From Clostridiales bacterium (GTDB lineage: Bacteria > Bacillota > Clostridia > Christensenellales > Pumilibacteraceae), in assembly GCA_029066805.1 (NCBI GenBank), contig JAIEFT010000013.1, positions 1,167-65,166 of the forward strand: DNA of 64,000 bases, in the 5' to 3' direction. Numbering within the stretch: position 1 is the stretch's first letter; each line of letters begins with the position of its first letter. A program made the position numbers and the translations under genes. Of the stretch, positions 19,051-28,402 are shown piece after piece. The notes under the pieces are model-generated. The model was not told the origin of the DNA, ran no database searches, and saw only the letters and a program-made list of their open reading frames with translations.

Positions 19051-19680
19051 CTACAGCTTCTCGTAAATAAATAGTCTTCGATTAATGTCTGTATAAGGCA
19101 GTGTATAATCTTCGGCTACGATTAGCCGCACGTTCAGTTTTTTTTCGGTTTGTGAAGTTGCCGGACTGTCGTTTTGAGTCTTGTACAGTATAACTTTGCC
19201 GCCTTTTTTGGCAAGCGGAGCGCAGAACGCCAATGATTTATCCGTGTCTGACACAGCTCGTGCGCTGACAGTATCGAAAGAAACACCTTGCTTTGCCAGA
19301 TCCTCCGACCTTGAATGACGGGTCGTAATGTTATTAAGTCCCATTTCCTTGACGCAGCGATTGATTAGAGCTAACTTTTTGCCAACGCTGTCCAGCCCGA
19401 CGTATGAGCAATCTGTGACGAGCGCAAGCGGAAGGCAAGGAAACCCGCCGCCGCACCCGACGTCGCAGCACGTTCCGCTGAAATGCTTGTACGGATAGAT
19501 ACTATCCAAATAATGTTTGAAGTATACGTCGCTTTCGTTGCGGATTGCGGATATATTTATTACAGAGTTAACCTCAAAGTAAAGCCTGGTTAGCGTTTCA
19601 AATTTATTAGGCAGGGTAGAATTATCGAAATTTTGCTGTAAAAATTCTATAAACGCCCGTTTTCCGTCGATCAATAACAA
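19051..19680 (-). CDS. rsmG: 16S rRNA (guanine527-N7)-methyltransferase RsmG
   Basis: HYLDS..., DVGCGGGFPCLPLAL SAM motif. Confidence 0.9.
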   Translation of the reverse strand: MLLIDGKRAFIEFLQQNFDNSTLPNKFETLTRLYFEVNSVINISAIRNESDVYFKHYLDSIYPYKHFSGTCCDVGCGGGFPCLPLALVTDCSYVGLDSVGKKLALINRCVKEMGLNNITTRHSRSEDLAKQGVSFDTVSARAVSDTDKSLAFCAPLAKKGGKVILYKTQNDSPATSQTEKKLNVRLIVAEDYTLPYTDINRRLFIYEKL

Positions 19681-19704
19681 AATGTTACCTTCCTAAGTTA
19701 TATA

Positions 19705-20352
19705 TTAATAAACAATAGATAAAACTTTATATTTTACTTTTTCGATCGGGAGAGTGCCGTAATACCTTGAATCTTTGGAGACGTTGCGGTTGTCGCCCAT
19801 AAAGTAAACATGATTCTTTGGAATGTATAAAATGAATGGGTCGATTTTTGAATAAGTTTGATGAGAAAGAGTATCGAGGTTATAATCTGTAAGCTCTGCG
19901 TTATATTCGAGTATCGGCGTTTGGTAAAAGTTGATTGCTGCGTAGCGCATATTTTCTTTTATATACGGCTCGTCTATCTTTACAAACTTGTTGTCACCGT
20001 TCTTGCAGATGTACACGTCCACATCGACGTTGTTTTGTGCGCGCATAAAAATCAGTTTATCATCCGATACTGCTATCACGCGCTTTACAATGTCGTGCTC
20101 CGGTTCGCCGTCTTTAGCAGTGTCCACTATAACAATATCGCCGCGCTCCACACCAAACAATTTGCGCTGGACAAAACAATACTGATTGTCGTGGATGGTA
20201 TTTTCCATGCTTTCGCCTTGAATTGGAATAAACGAAAATAAATATAAAAATATCAGTACCGCAATCAGAACAAAAATAACAATCAATGTCAAAACGTTTG
20301 ATTGTTTTTTTCTGTTTAACAGCAGCTCGCCGCCGGTAATGTCGTCCATCAT
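19705..20352 (-). CDS. lepB: signal peptidase I
   Basis: N-terminal TM, GESMENTI, VKRVIAVSDD, FMGDNRNVSKDSRYYG. Confidence 0.92.
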   Translation of the reverse strand: MMDDITGGELLLNRKKQSNVLTLIVIFVLIAVLIFLYLFSFIPIQGESMENTIHDNQYCFVQRKLFGVERGDIVIVDTAKDGEPEHDIVKRVIAVSDDKLIFMRAQNNVDVDVYICKNGDNKFVKIDEPYIKENMRYAAINFYQTPILEYNAELTDYNLDTLSHQTYSKIDPFILYIPKNHVYFMGDNRNVSKDSRYYGTLPIEKVKYKVLSIVY

Positions 20353-20353
20353 T

Positions 20354-21967
20354 CTATACCCAAAGAACCGAACCTAATATGAATTGTTTATCCGAGGTAA
20401 ATTCCAATAACAAAATCTGCGACCAGTCGTTAAGCATGCCTGCCGAACCCTTAAAATTCATATGCGAAAGCGAAAATTGATGCCAATCATCTGCGGATTT
20501 TATATCGATAGTGCACTCATATTTGTTTGTTTTGTCAATCACGGCGACGGTTATTGCTTGAGGCTCGCCGCAAAGCATTAGTTGGAGCAGTGTATCGGGC
20601 GGAACACGGAACAGCGGATCGCCGGGCTTAAACGTTATTAACGAGCCGCTAGAACTTGTTACGCCGTCAATGTCATACGGACCTTTTACTTGCGTAACAG
20701 GGCTTCCGTCGCGCGACGTCCAGCCGTCTTCGCCCATACTGCCGTCGTAAATTTTTCTGTGACTTACGCCCGGGCGAGCTTGCACACCGATTGACTTGGG
20801 AATAACGCTGAGCATGTCTGACGAGCAAACGATTTTGCCGTCGTAAATTACATTGGCAAAAGCATATATAGGCTTGTTGTCTTGGCAAACATTGATTTTT
20901 GCCATGCAATTATCTTTGCCAAGGCTGATAATAGGTATGCTCATCCAATTGCGAAACGGCGCGTCGTCTATGCAGAACGACACGTATAATTTTACGTCTA
21001 GCTTACGCTCGGATTCTTTCGAGTTGTCTATATCGATATTGATATATAAATTTTTTTCGGAATTAGACGCCGTCAAAACAGGACGCGGCTCATACGGTAA
21101 GTTATTTGCACGCTCGTCAAAGAACGAAAGAATATTATCGTATACGGCTTTAATTCCGCCGGCGAATGCGCGTTCCACAATGCGAAAATGCTTTAGCGAC
21201 TCCGTGTTTTCTGCAAGCTCAGCCATGTCGTCCAGCGAACCGTCGACGTCGTTTGAACAAATCGCCATAAACATTGGAACTACGCTAATGGGCGCATATG
21301 CGCTGTTATCCAGCGATGCGCGATAGTTTATCAACGAATTACCTTCGCCTTTGACATTAGGAATAATATTTAGCAGTGTGGCGCATGCGGTAAGCCCGTC
21401 GTTAAAAGCGGCAAGCTTGTATACCGTGCTTCCGCCAAGCCCCGTGCCGAGCGCAAAAACGGGTATTTCTGCATATAGCTCTTGCAGCAGCTTTACGGCA
21501 CGGCGTGATATGCACGTCCAAATATACCAATTGCTTGTGGCGTCGCCAAGTATAGTAAATTCTTCCACGCCGTCCAAATTGCAGTCGGATAGCGATTTGG
21601 GGTACAGAGTAAACCGCGCTCGATCCGATTTGCCTAAATAATCCAAAACAGCAACGGAATAACCAAAACTCAGCATTTTAGACACGAGTTCGCTATTTGC
21701 TGCGCCTGTTTTGTCAGCAAGGTACAGCACTGCGCCTTTCATTTCTGCTGCTTCGTAAATTTTTATATAAGCGCGCGCCCGTCCGTCAACGGTAGTATAA
21801 CCGTCAAAGTAGTACTCCTTGACGGCAGCGCCTAATTCGGATTTTGCGGAAAGCGCCGTCTTATTAAGCGGCAGCGCCAAAACATCGTAGTCTTTCCATA
21901 GTGTGATAGGACTGTTAATATCCACCGAACACGCTCCGAGCGGCAAACGCAGGGCAAGCCCGCGCAA
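20354..21967 (-). CDS. uncharacterised protein, N-terminal alpha/beta-hydrolase-like fold (acetyl-xylan-esterase-like) without a clear GxSxG
   Basis: 537-aa ORF abutting lepB. AVLYLADKTG...VAVLDYLG...FALGTGLGGS. The track start is a TTG; GTG 21925 behind GGAG is an alternative. Confidence 0.5.
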   Translation of the reverse strand: MRGLALRLPLGACSVDINSPITLWKDYDVLALPLNKTALSAKSELGAAVKEYYFDGYTTVDGRARAYIKIYEAAEMKGAVLYLADKTGAANSELVSKMLSFGYSVAVLDYLGKSDRARFTLYPKSLSDCNLDGVEEFTILGDATSNWYIWTCISRRAVKLLQELYAEIPVFALGTGLGGSTVYKLAAFNDGLTACATLLNIIPNVKGEGNSLINYRASLDNSAYAPISVVPMFMAICSNDVDGSLDDMAELAENTESLKHFRIVERAFAGGIKAVYDNILSFFDERANNLPYEPRPVLTASNSEKNLYINIDIDNSKESERKLDVKLYVSFCIDDAPFRNWMSIPIISLGKDNCMAKINVCQDNKPIYAFANVIYDGKIVCSSDMLSVIPKSIGVQARPGVSHRKIYDGSMGEDGWTSRDGSPVTQVKGPYDIDGVTSSSGSLITFKPGDPLFRVPPDTLLQLMLCGEPQAITVAVIDKTNKYECTIDIKSADDWHQFSLSHMNFKGSAGMLNDWSQILLLEFTSDKQFILGSVLWV

Positions 21968-22094
21968 TTCGCTACCAAAGTTTATTGTCCTATATTATAT
22001 ATCATGCAATCTCATTTGTCAAGTATAGACGGGTAGTGCAACAACACCATTTTTGCCGAACATTACGCGCCGTGCGCAACGTTTTAGGTTTTGC

Positions 22095-22123
22095 TTGACA
22101 ATCGCGGGCGATACGTATATAAT
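22095..22123 (+). promoter_or_regulatory. consensus sigma-70 promoter of parB
   Basis: TTGACA (22095-22100), 17 nt, TATAAT (22118-22123). It excludes the ATG at 22124 from the mRNA. Confidence 0.7.
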
Positions 22124-22150
22124 ATGAAAAAAACAACGGAGGACATTTAT

Positions 22151-23032
22151 ATGACGCCAATCAGAAAAGGTGGATTAGGCAGAGGCTTAGGCGCTCTACT
22201 CAGCGATATAGAGGAAGAATCTGTAATAAACTCGGTGGAAACGTCGGAAATGCTGCTTTCCAACATCGAACCCAACATCGATCAACCGCGCAAGCAGTTT
22301 AACGACGATGCGCTTGCTGCTCTTGTGGAGAGTATAAAAACACACGGTGTTATTACGCCGCTTATTGTCACACCCAAGCCCGACGGAAAATATATGATAA
22401 TAGCAGGCGAGCGCCGTTATCGCGCCGCCACCGCCGCAGGACTTGTTTCCGTGCCGGTATGCGTGCGCGAGTGCACGCAGGTTCAAATTGACGAGCTTTC
22501 GTTGATAGAAAACATTCAGCGCGAAGACCTTAATCCCATGGAAGTAGCCCGCGCCATAAAGAAGCTTATGGATGACTACGGATATACTCAGGAGCAAGCA
22601 GCCGAGCGTATAGGCAAAGCCCGTCCTACAGTTGCAAACCTACTGCGCCTTATGGACTTATCCGACGCGGTGCAAAAAATGGTGGAAGACGGTCAGCTTT
22701 CGGCGGGACATGCACGTTGTCTTGTTACGGTAGCCGACGCAGAAATACAATGGGAGCTCGCCCAAAAAGCCAAGGGCGACAAAATGAGCGTGCGCGACTT
22801 TGAAAAGTTGGTCAAAAACACCCTGAATCCCAAAAAGAAAGTCGAAGGACCTAAGCAAAGCCTCGAATTGCGCGATATGGTTGTCCGTATGCAAAGAACT
22901 TTTGGAACAAAAGTATCACTTTTGGGCAACGATAGCAAAGGGCGTATCTTTATTGACTACTATACGTCGGACGACTTGAGCCGAATAGAGAGTATGCTTA
23001 GCTATTTGGAAAGCAATTACAACAAAGAGTAA
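22151..23032 (+). CDS. parB: ParB/Spo0J-family chromosome partitioning protein
   Basis: GGLGRGLGALL, IIAGERRYRAA, HTH. Start at ATG 22151 behind GGAGGA. Confidence 0.92.
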   Translation: MTPIRKGGLGRGLGALLSDIEEESVINSVETSEMLLSNIEPNIDQPRKQFNDDALAALVESIKTHGVITPLIVTPKPDGKYMIIAGERRYRAATAAGLVSVPVCVRECTQVQIDELSLIENIQREDLNPMEVARAIKKLMDDYGYTQEQAAERIGKARPTVANLLRLMDLSDAVQKMVEDGQLSAGHARCLVTVADAEIQWELAQKAKGDKMSVRDFEKLVKNTLNPKKKVEGPKQSLELRDMVVRMQRTFGTKVSLLGNDSKGRIFIDYYTSDDLSRIESMLSYLESNYNKE

Positions 23033-23033
23033 A

Positions 23034-23049
23034 TGTTCCACGTGAAACA
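23034..23049. promoter_or_regulatory. parS site 1
   Basis: TGTTCCACGTGAAACA matches the consensus TGTTNCACGTGAAACA and starts 2 nt after the parB stop. Confidence 0.9.
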
Positions 23050-23074
23050 TTGTTTCAATCCAAAAAAAGCCCAT

Positions 23075-23090
23075 TGTTTCACGTGAAACA
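23075..23090. promoter_or_regulatory. parS site 2
   Basis: TGTTTCACGTGAAACA, a perfect 16-bp palindrome. Confidence 0.9.
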
Positions 23091-23112
23091 ACGAATATTA
23101 CCTAAAATTAAA

Positions 23113-23128
23113 TGTTCCACGTGAAACA
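23113..23128. promoter_or_regulatory. parS site 3
   Basis: TGTTCCACGTGAAACA. Confidence 0.9.
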
Positions 23129-23129
23129 A

Positions 23130-23155
23130 AAACGCCGCTATCACTAGCGGCGTTT
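23130..23155. terminator. bidirectional terminator hairpin between convergent genes
   Basis: aacgccgcta-tcac-tagcggcgtt with A/T flanks. Confidence 0.65.
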
Positions 23156-23169
23156 AGTATTTGCGGCAA

Positions 23170-24429
23170 TTACGGCTGTTTTTTGCGTCCCAAGTCTACG
23201 TTGTCCTCTTTTCGGTTGCGCAGAGCCTTGACAGGGTGGTCGGCTACGGTAAAGCGGTAATCCTCGCCGAATTCGGTAATATAGTTGTCTATTACTTTGT
23301 GGCTCGCTACGGACGACGGAGTTTTGTTGACCGCCGAATTGTAGCGGAAGTACTCGTAATCGTCGGGGACGTTGGTAATGTCGGTGTATTCTTCGAGCAC
23401 GGCGGTATTATTGACCGTGTTCTTCAGTACGTTGCGCACATAGTGTTTGTTCTTTTCGCAGTTGTCGTTAAAGGTGAGCAGTGTAGGAAATTCGGCGTTG
23501 GGTATGACCTGTGCCCACTCCTTGCCCTCGTATTTTTTGAGCAGTTCTGCGGCGTAGTGCAGGTGCGCAAGCTCTTGCTCGAAGTGTAGAGCCCAAATCT
23601 TTTTTGCGATGTCGTTGGTTTCCTCGCTCATTGCGGAATAGTAAAGGTAGCACTCGCAGTACTCGTGCATCAATAGGCATTCCAGCCAGGTGGCGGTGGA
23701 ATCCATCAGCGATTCGTATTGCGTTACGTGCTGTTCTTCTACCATGCCGATCTCAAGGAACAGCTTGCGTCCTATATCGGACGTAGCATAGAACGTACCG
23801 AGGTTCATATAAAAGTTCATGGTTTGCTGTTCTGCCGCGGTTATTATCATGGTGTGCAGCTTTGTGGAAAGCGCCGCATCCGGCGTTATGGGACGGCGAA
23901 CGTCGTCAAACGGATGTCGGTGTTCTGATATGGTGGGGCGACCCGGCATGATTTCGGTATAACTGCCGACAAGCTTTTCGCCCTTAACGCCTTGCTCCAT
24001 TTCCAAAAGGTCGCTAAAGCGGTACAGGTGGTCAAAGTCTTCAAGTAGAGCAAAGTCGAGCGCGGCTTTGACGTACTTGTTCTTTTCGGTTTGAGCGAGA
24101 ACTGCAGTCAGATCTACGGCAAGCTGTTCGTACGATATTGTTGTTTCTAACATGCTCTCGTCCTTGGGCTTGAAAAACGAAATGCGTTTTTGCTGTTGCT
24201 GTTCGAGCTTGCGCAGGAACGCGACGTCGCGGCGAAGATTGTTGTCTACAGTGTGGCGGGACAGCTGATGCATGAACCAGCATTCTTCAAACTCTGCGCC
24301 GTTAAGCAGAATTGTGCGCACCTTTGTGTACGCGTCGGTTTCGTTTTTGTCGTAAGCGGTTGGATAAATTTTTCGCCAATCGTTTACGCACTTGTCGATC
24401 TTGTAAGATTTTTCGTTAAATGGATTCAT
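23170..24429 (-). CDS. ferritin-like di-iron carboxylate protein (function unknown)
   Basis: 419 aa with repeated helix motifs bearing E / ExxH: LLEDFDH, MVEEQHV, EQELAHL. GGAGGTT SD. Confidence 0.6.
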   Translation of the reverse strand: MNPFNEKSYKIDKCVNDWRKIYPTAYDKNETDAYTKVRTILLNGAEFEECWFMHQLSRHTVDNNLRRDVAFLRKLEQQQQKRISFFKPKDESMLETTISYEQLAVDLTAVLAQTEKNKYVKAALDFALLEDFDHLYRFSDLLEMEQGVKGEKLVGSYTEIMPGRPTISEHRHPFDDVRRPITPDAALSTKLHTMIITAAEQQTMNFYMNLGTFYATSDIGRKLFLEIGMVEEQHVTQYESLMDSTATWLECLLMHEYCECYLYYSAMSEETNDIAKKIWALHFEQELAHLHYAAELLKKYEGKEWAQVIPNAEFPTLLTFNDNCEKNKHYVRNVLKNTVNNTAVLEEYTDITNVPDDYEYFRYNSAVNKTPSSVASHKVIDNYITEFGEDYRFTVADHPVKALRNRKEDNVDLGRKKQP

Positions 24430-24542
24430 ATTTAACCTCCGATAGCTAAATTGTTAGCAATCCGTCGGATATTTAAACAGCAAATTTTTTTGCTAATAGG
24501 GTAGATTTTTTGCGACAGGCATGATACAATATTAATATCTAT

Positions 24543-25994
24543 ATGAAAACACTTTACAGAAAAAAAGCGATTGCTTTATACGAAACGCATATGCGCGTGG
24601 GGTTTGTGGTTAAAACCGTTGTATTCTATTTGATTGCCGCCGTGCTGTGGTACATAATTGCGGTTATCGCGCCGTACACCGCAACCATGGAAGTGACTGC
24701 TTCACAGAATATTGTACTGACAAGAACGGCATTTTCCGCAACGGAAAAGGATATTAACATTCCCATTGAAAATAAAGAGCGTGCGCTTTTGATGCCGACC
24801 GGGGAAAGCTCGTTCTGTCGCAGGCTGCGGCTGATAGAGGACGCAAAAAGCACGATAGACTTTATGGTATATTTCGCATCGAAAAGCGAATATTCCGATT
24901 ATTTTTATACCGCGCTTGTCCGTGCCGCCGATAGAGGCGTGAAAGTTCGCATAATCCAGGACGGCAAAATGGGCAAGCTCGACGGCTATGTCGCAGACGG
25001 AATTGCTAATATAATATATAATCATAATAATATAGAATTATATTATTTTAACTGTATTAATATTTTAGATCCGGCAGGCTTGGCAACAATCATGCACGAC
25101 AAGGTCGTTATTGTAGACGGCGACAAAATGATAGTTGGCGGCGCGAATATGGGCACGTCGGGGTACTTATATAATTATGATATGGAAGTATTAATTACCA
25201 ATAGCGGGCAGCACGGCAGCGTCGGGCAAGCGCAACGATATTACAATAATATGTTAAAAAGCGAGCTTACCGAGCGAATAAAATCGAAAAAACGCGATTT
25301 TTCGCAGAAAAGCAAGTACGAACAAAAGTATTTGACCTTCTATAACAAATGCGAATTTGCGCAGAAAAAAATAGATTATAACGCACTAGGCGTGCCCGTA
25401 GACAAAATTACATACCTTACAAATCCTATCAGCTCGACCAAAAAGACGCCAATGATACTGCAAGCGATGTTTAACATGATGGAAAGCAGCGAAAAGTCTA
25501 TAGTAATAACGCCCTATTCCTTGCTGGAAAACGACAAAATCAAAAAGCTGCGTGCATTGGCGGCAAAGAATAAACAGTTTACGCTGATAACAAACTCGCT
25601 GTATAACTCAAGAAACGTCGGATATGCCGACTATTATTATAATCGTGATAAATATATAAACTCTAATATAGATGTATATGAGTTTCAAAACGATATTCAA
25701 CTGCACGCCAAAGTATTTTCATTTGACGACAGATACAGCGTTATCGGCTCGTTCAACCTTGACGAGCGTAGCGCGCACATCGATACCGAGAGCGTAGTAA
25801 TTATCGATAGCGAGGAATTTAACAAGGGATTGCAGGATTATATTGAAGATACGTTCATTGCCGACAGCCTTAGGGTGAGCGATAATAACGAGTATATTCA
25901 TAGCGATACCGTAAAGTCGCACGAAGTTTCCGCCAAAAAGAAATTCACATACTTTTTATACCGCGCTTTGGGCGTAGTCAGATGCCTGATATAA
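24543..25994 (+). CDS. phospholipase D / cardiolipin-synthase-family protein, membrane anchored
   Basis: Two HKD motifs, MHDKVVIVDGDKMIVGGANM and LHAKVFSFDDRYSVIGSFNLDERS, with an N-terminal TM. Confidence 0.85.
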   Translation: MKTLYRKKAIALYETHMRVGFVVKTVVFYLIAAVLWYIIAVIAPYTATMEVTASQNIVLTRTAFSATEKDINIPIENKERALLMPTGESSFCRRLRLIEDAKSTIDFMVYFASKSEYSDYFYTALVRAADRGVKVRIIQDGKMGKLDGYVADGIANIIYNHNNIELYYFNCINILDPAGLATIMHDKVVIVDGDKMIVGGANMGTSGYLYNYDMEVLITNSGQHGSVGQAQRYYNNMLKSELTERIKSKKRDFSQKSKYEQKYLTFYNKCEFAQKKIDYNALGVPVDKITYLTNPISSTKKTPMILQAMFNMMESSEKSIVITPYSLLENDKIKKLRALAAKNKQFTLITNSLYNSRNVGYADYYYNRDKYINSNIDVYEFQNDIQLHAKVFSFDDRYSVIGSFNLDERSAHIDTESVVIIDSEEFNKGLQDYIEDTFIADSLRVSDNNEYIHSDTVKSHEVSAKKKFTYFLYRALGVVRCLI

Positions 25995-26130
25995 TTAAGA
26001 ATGCAGAATGCAGAATTAGAAAATAAGAATTGGACTCTTCCCCTTCGCACAGAGACAAAAGGATTTGCGCGCGGTGTGCTATGTTTGTCACTCCGAACAA
26101 GCGAAGCTCGGTGAGGAATCTAATCCTTTT
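25995..26130 (+). repeat. family B element
   Basis: ttaagaatgcagaatgcagaattagaaaataagaatt directly after the stop codon, then tttgtcactccgaacaagcgaagctcggtgaggaatctaatcc. Confidence 0.75.
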
Positions 26131-26229
26131 TCTTTCGTGCAGTGAGGCTACTTCTCGAGAGTAATAACCGCTTTATCTTTATATAATTTTTGGCGTTTTT
26201 ATTCGGAATTTTCCTTGAAAGAGGAAAAT

Positions 26230-26652
26230 TTTTTTATACCCTCACGTGGCGCTAAACCGATGGTTTAGTAAATAAGGATTTTTGTATAAAAAGCTCGGAG
26301 CGGAAAAATTTTGTAGCAAGATAATAAAGTGTGATTTTGTATAAAATTTTTAGACTTTTGTGAATGCAGAATTAAGAATGCAGAATGCAGAGTAAAGCGG
26401 TTGAGACTCCTCGCTGCGCTCGGAGTGACAAAAAAGTAATGAAGCATTTTAAAAATTCTTTTTGTCCTACGTAGCAGCCGTAGGCTATTTCGAGCAACGC
26501 GAGAAATCTCATCCTTATTCTCTTAATTCTGCATTCTTAATTCTTAATTTTCCTCGGCGTTCCCATTCAAAAATTTTTTAGGACAAGCATAGTCTTTGCA
26601 TACCTTACCGTTAGACTAAACCGTCGGTTTAGTAAATCAAGATTTTTTGACA
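26230..26652 (-). repeat. composite ~415-bp repeat, copy 2 (inverted relative to copy 1)
   Basis: Its reverse complement aligns with 15891-16300. Palindromes at 26252-26268 (1 mismatch) and 26616-26632. The internal family B palindrome is larger than in copy 1. Confidence 0.8.
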
Positions 26653-26777
26653 TTTTTTTCGGTATTAAATTCGCTCACGCAAGTGCCTATATAAGCGAGT
26701 TAGTCCATTCTTGTGAAAAATTATGTCACCTAAAAAGCCGAGCTATTATGCTCGGCATTTTAGGCGTAATAAGTAAT

Positions 26778-26927
26778 TTATTTTACGGTGTTGGACTTTT
26801 TGCTTTGAGTGCGCGAAGCCGTCTTGCTGCTCTTGGTAACAGAACTGTCGGACTGAACATTGCTGCCGGACTTTTTAGAACCACAGCAGGTGCTCTTTTT
26901 GGTAGCCGTCTTTTTGGTGTTAGCCAT
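26778..26927 (-). CDS. 49-aa highly basic Ser/Lys/Thr-rich protein (not in ORF track)
   Basis: GAGGAGGAG SD 7 nt before the ATG. MANTKKTATKKSTCCGSKKSGSNVQSDSSVTKSSKTASRTQSKKSNTVK, ending in TAA. Confidence 0.5.
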   Translation of the reverse strand: MANTKKTATKKSTCCGSKKSGSNVQSDSSVTKSSKTASRTQSKKSNTVK

Positions 26928-27132
26928 TTTCTTACTCCTCCTCTAAGAATATGTACTTACCCGTGCGGGTATCGCTCCGCGGTTTTGCGGTTGCGTATTT
27001 TTAGTTTGCGCGGATTGCTGCGGATTATGCAGAGCAATGGCGAAAATCGGACTATAATGGAATAATTGCATGCAAAAAATGAAAATGCAACCGTAAGTTG
27101 CGCAAAAAAATGATATTGCAAACCGAAATTGG

Positions 27133-27161
27133 TTGAAGTTTATGCTGTGCTACTTTATAAT
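27133..27161 (+). promoter_or_regulatory. sigma-70-type promoter
   Basis: TTGAAG, 17 nt, TATAAT, 30 nt upstream of ATG 27191. Confidence 0.6.
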
Positions 27162-27190
27162 ACTTGTATGATTTTTGTCGGGAGGCACAA

Positions 27191-28195
27191 ATGCATATAG
27201 CAAAAAATTTGCAGTACTTGCGTAAGCGAGACAAGATAACGCAAGAGGATCTGGCGGAAAAACTGAATGTGTCGCGCCAGTCTGTATCCAAATGGGAAAC
27301 GGGCGAGGCGTATCCGGAAACAGAAAAGCTGCTCGCCATATGCGATCTGTTTGACGTGTCGTTGGACGGACTTATGCGAACCGATCTGTCTGTAGAGCTT
27401 GTGAACACCAAAGACGATATATCCGATAAAACTCAATCGTCGGGCGAGCTCGGTAAGAATGGCGCGGACGCCCAACCCGAAACTACAGAGCATGCGATCT
27501 TTGCCGAGCATATAAACAAGTTTTCGCGCGGGATAGCGATAGGGGTCATGCTAATACTTTTGGGCATTGCGGTCTGCATAGCTATAAGCGGCTATGCGTT
27601 TACGCTAAGCGGATCGACCGCCGAGCTGACAAGCGTGATGAGCGGAGTAGCTGTTATATTGTTTACGGCGGTCGCGGTATTTCTGTTTGTGTTTAACGGA
27701 CAAAAGCACGATGCGTTCAAAAAGAATCATCCGCTTATAGAAAAGCCGACAGACACTACGCACCGAAATTTTCCGACGATTATGGCGGGGCTTGTATCCG
27801 GAATACTGGTCGACGTGATATACTTGATAACTACGACTTCGCTTATTGACGCTGACGTTATCAAAACATCAAACAAAGATATGGCGTATTGTTATGTTAC
27901 GGCGGCTTTCATGGCGGTATTGGCATTTATAATAGGCGGGCTTGTGTATATGGGTATCCAACATAGCAAGTACGACGTAAAAATATACAATAATGAAATA
28001 CGCCATATAATGAACCCTACGCCGAAGGACAGAATAGCAAGCGCGGCTTGCGGCGCGATAATGATGACCGCAACGGCAATATATTTAGTTATCGGGTTTG
28101 TCGGTAATTATTGGCATCCCGGCTGGGTCGTATTTCCGGTAGGCGGGATTATTTGCGGAATAATTAATACAATTTTTAAAGCAAAAGAAAAATAA
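27191..28195 (+). CDS. XRE-family HTH domain fused to a multi-pass membrane domain
   Basis: ITQEDLAEKLNVSRQSVSKWETGEAYP, then about 6 TM segments. Start at ATG 27191 behind GGGAGG. Confidence 0.8.
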   Translation: MHIAKNLQYLRKRDKITQEDLAEKLNVSRQSVSKWETGEAYPETEKLLAICDLFDVSLDGLMRTDLSVELVNTKDDISDKTQSSGELGKNGADAQPETTEHAIFAEHINKFSRGIAIGVMLILLGIAVCIAISGYAFTLSGSTAELTSVMSGVAVILFTAVAVFLFVFNGQKHDAFKKNHPLIEKPTDTTHRNFPTIMAGLVSGILVDVIYLITTTSLIDADVIKTSNKDMAYCYVTAAFMAVLAFIIGGLVYMGIQHSKYDVKIYNNEIRHIMNPTPKDRIASAACGAIMMTATAIYLVIGFVGNYWHPGWVVFPVGGIICGIINTIFKAKEK

Positions 28196-28198
28196 ATA

Positions 28199-28274
28199 AA
28201 TGCAGAATTAAGAATAAAGAATGCAGAATTATAATAAGGTTGGGATTTCTCGCTTCGCTCAAAATGACAAAAAA
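28199..28274. repeat. family B element
   Basis: aatgcagaattaagaataaagaatgcagaatt, then aaggttgggatttctcgcttcgctcaaaatgacaaaaaa. Confidence 0.7.
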
Positions 28275-28402
28275 CAATCGAATTTTCATATTTTGTATGT
28301 GCAAAATAATGAAAAATGCGCATTTCCGTAAAATTTCGGTAATGCGCATCTCTGTTAATAGGCGATTTTTAAATTAATTAAAAATTAAAATAAATTAAAT
28401 AA

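Noticed and set aside
26748-27065. 105-aa plus-strand ORF in the track.
   Set aside because: It has no SD and a Leu/Arg/Gly-rich product. The opposite strand carries a 49-aa ORF with a textbook GAGGAGGAG SD, which I consider the better, still tentative, call.
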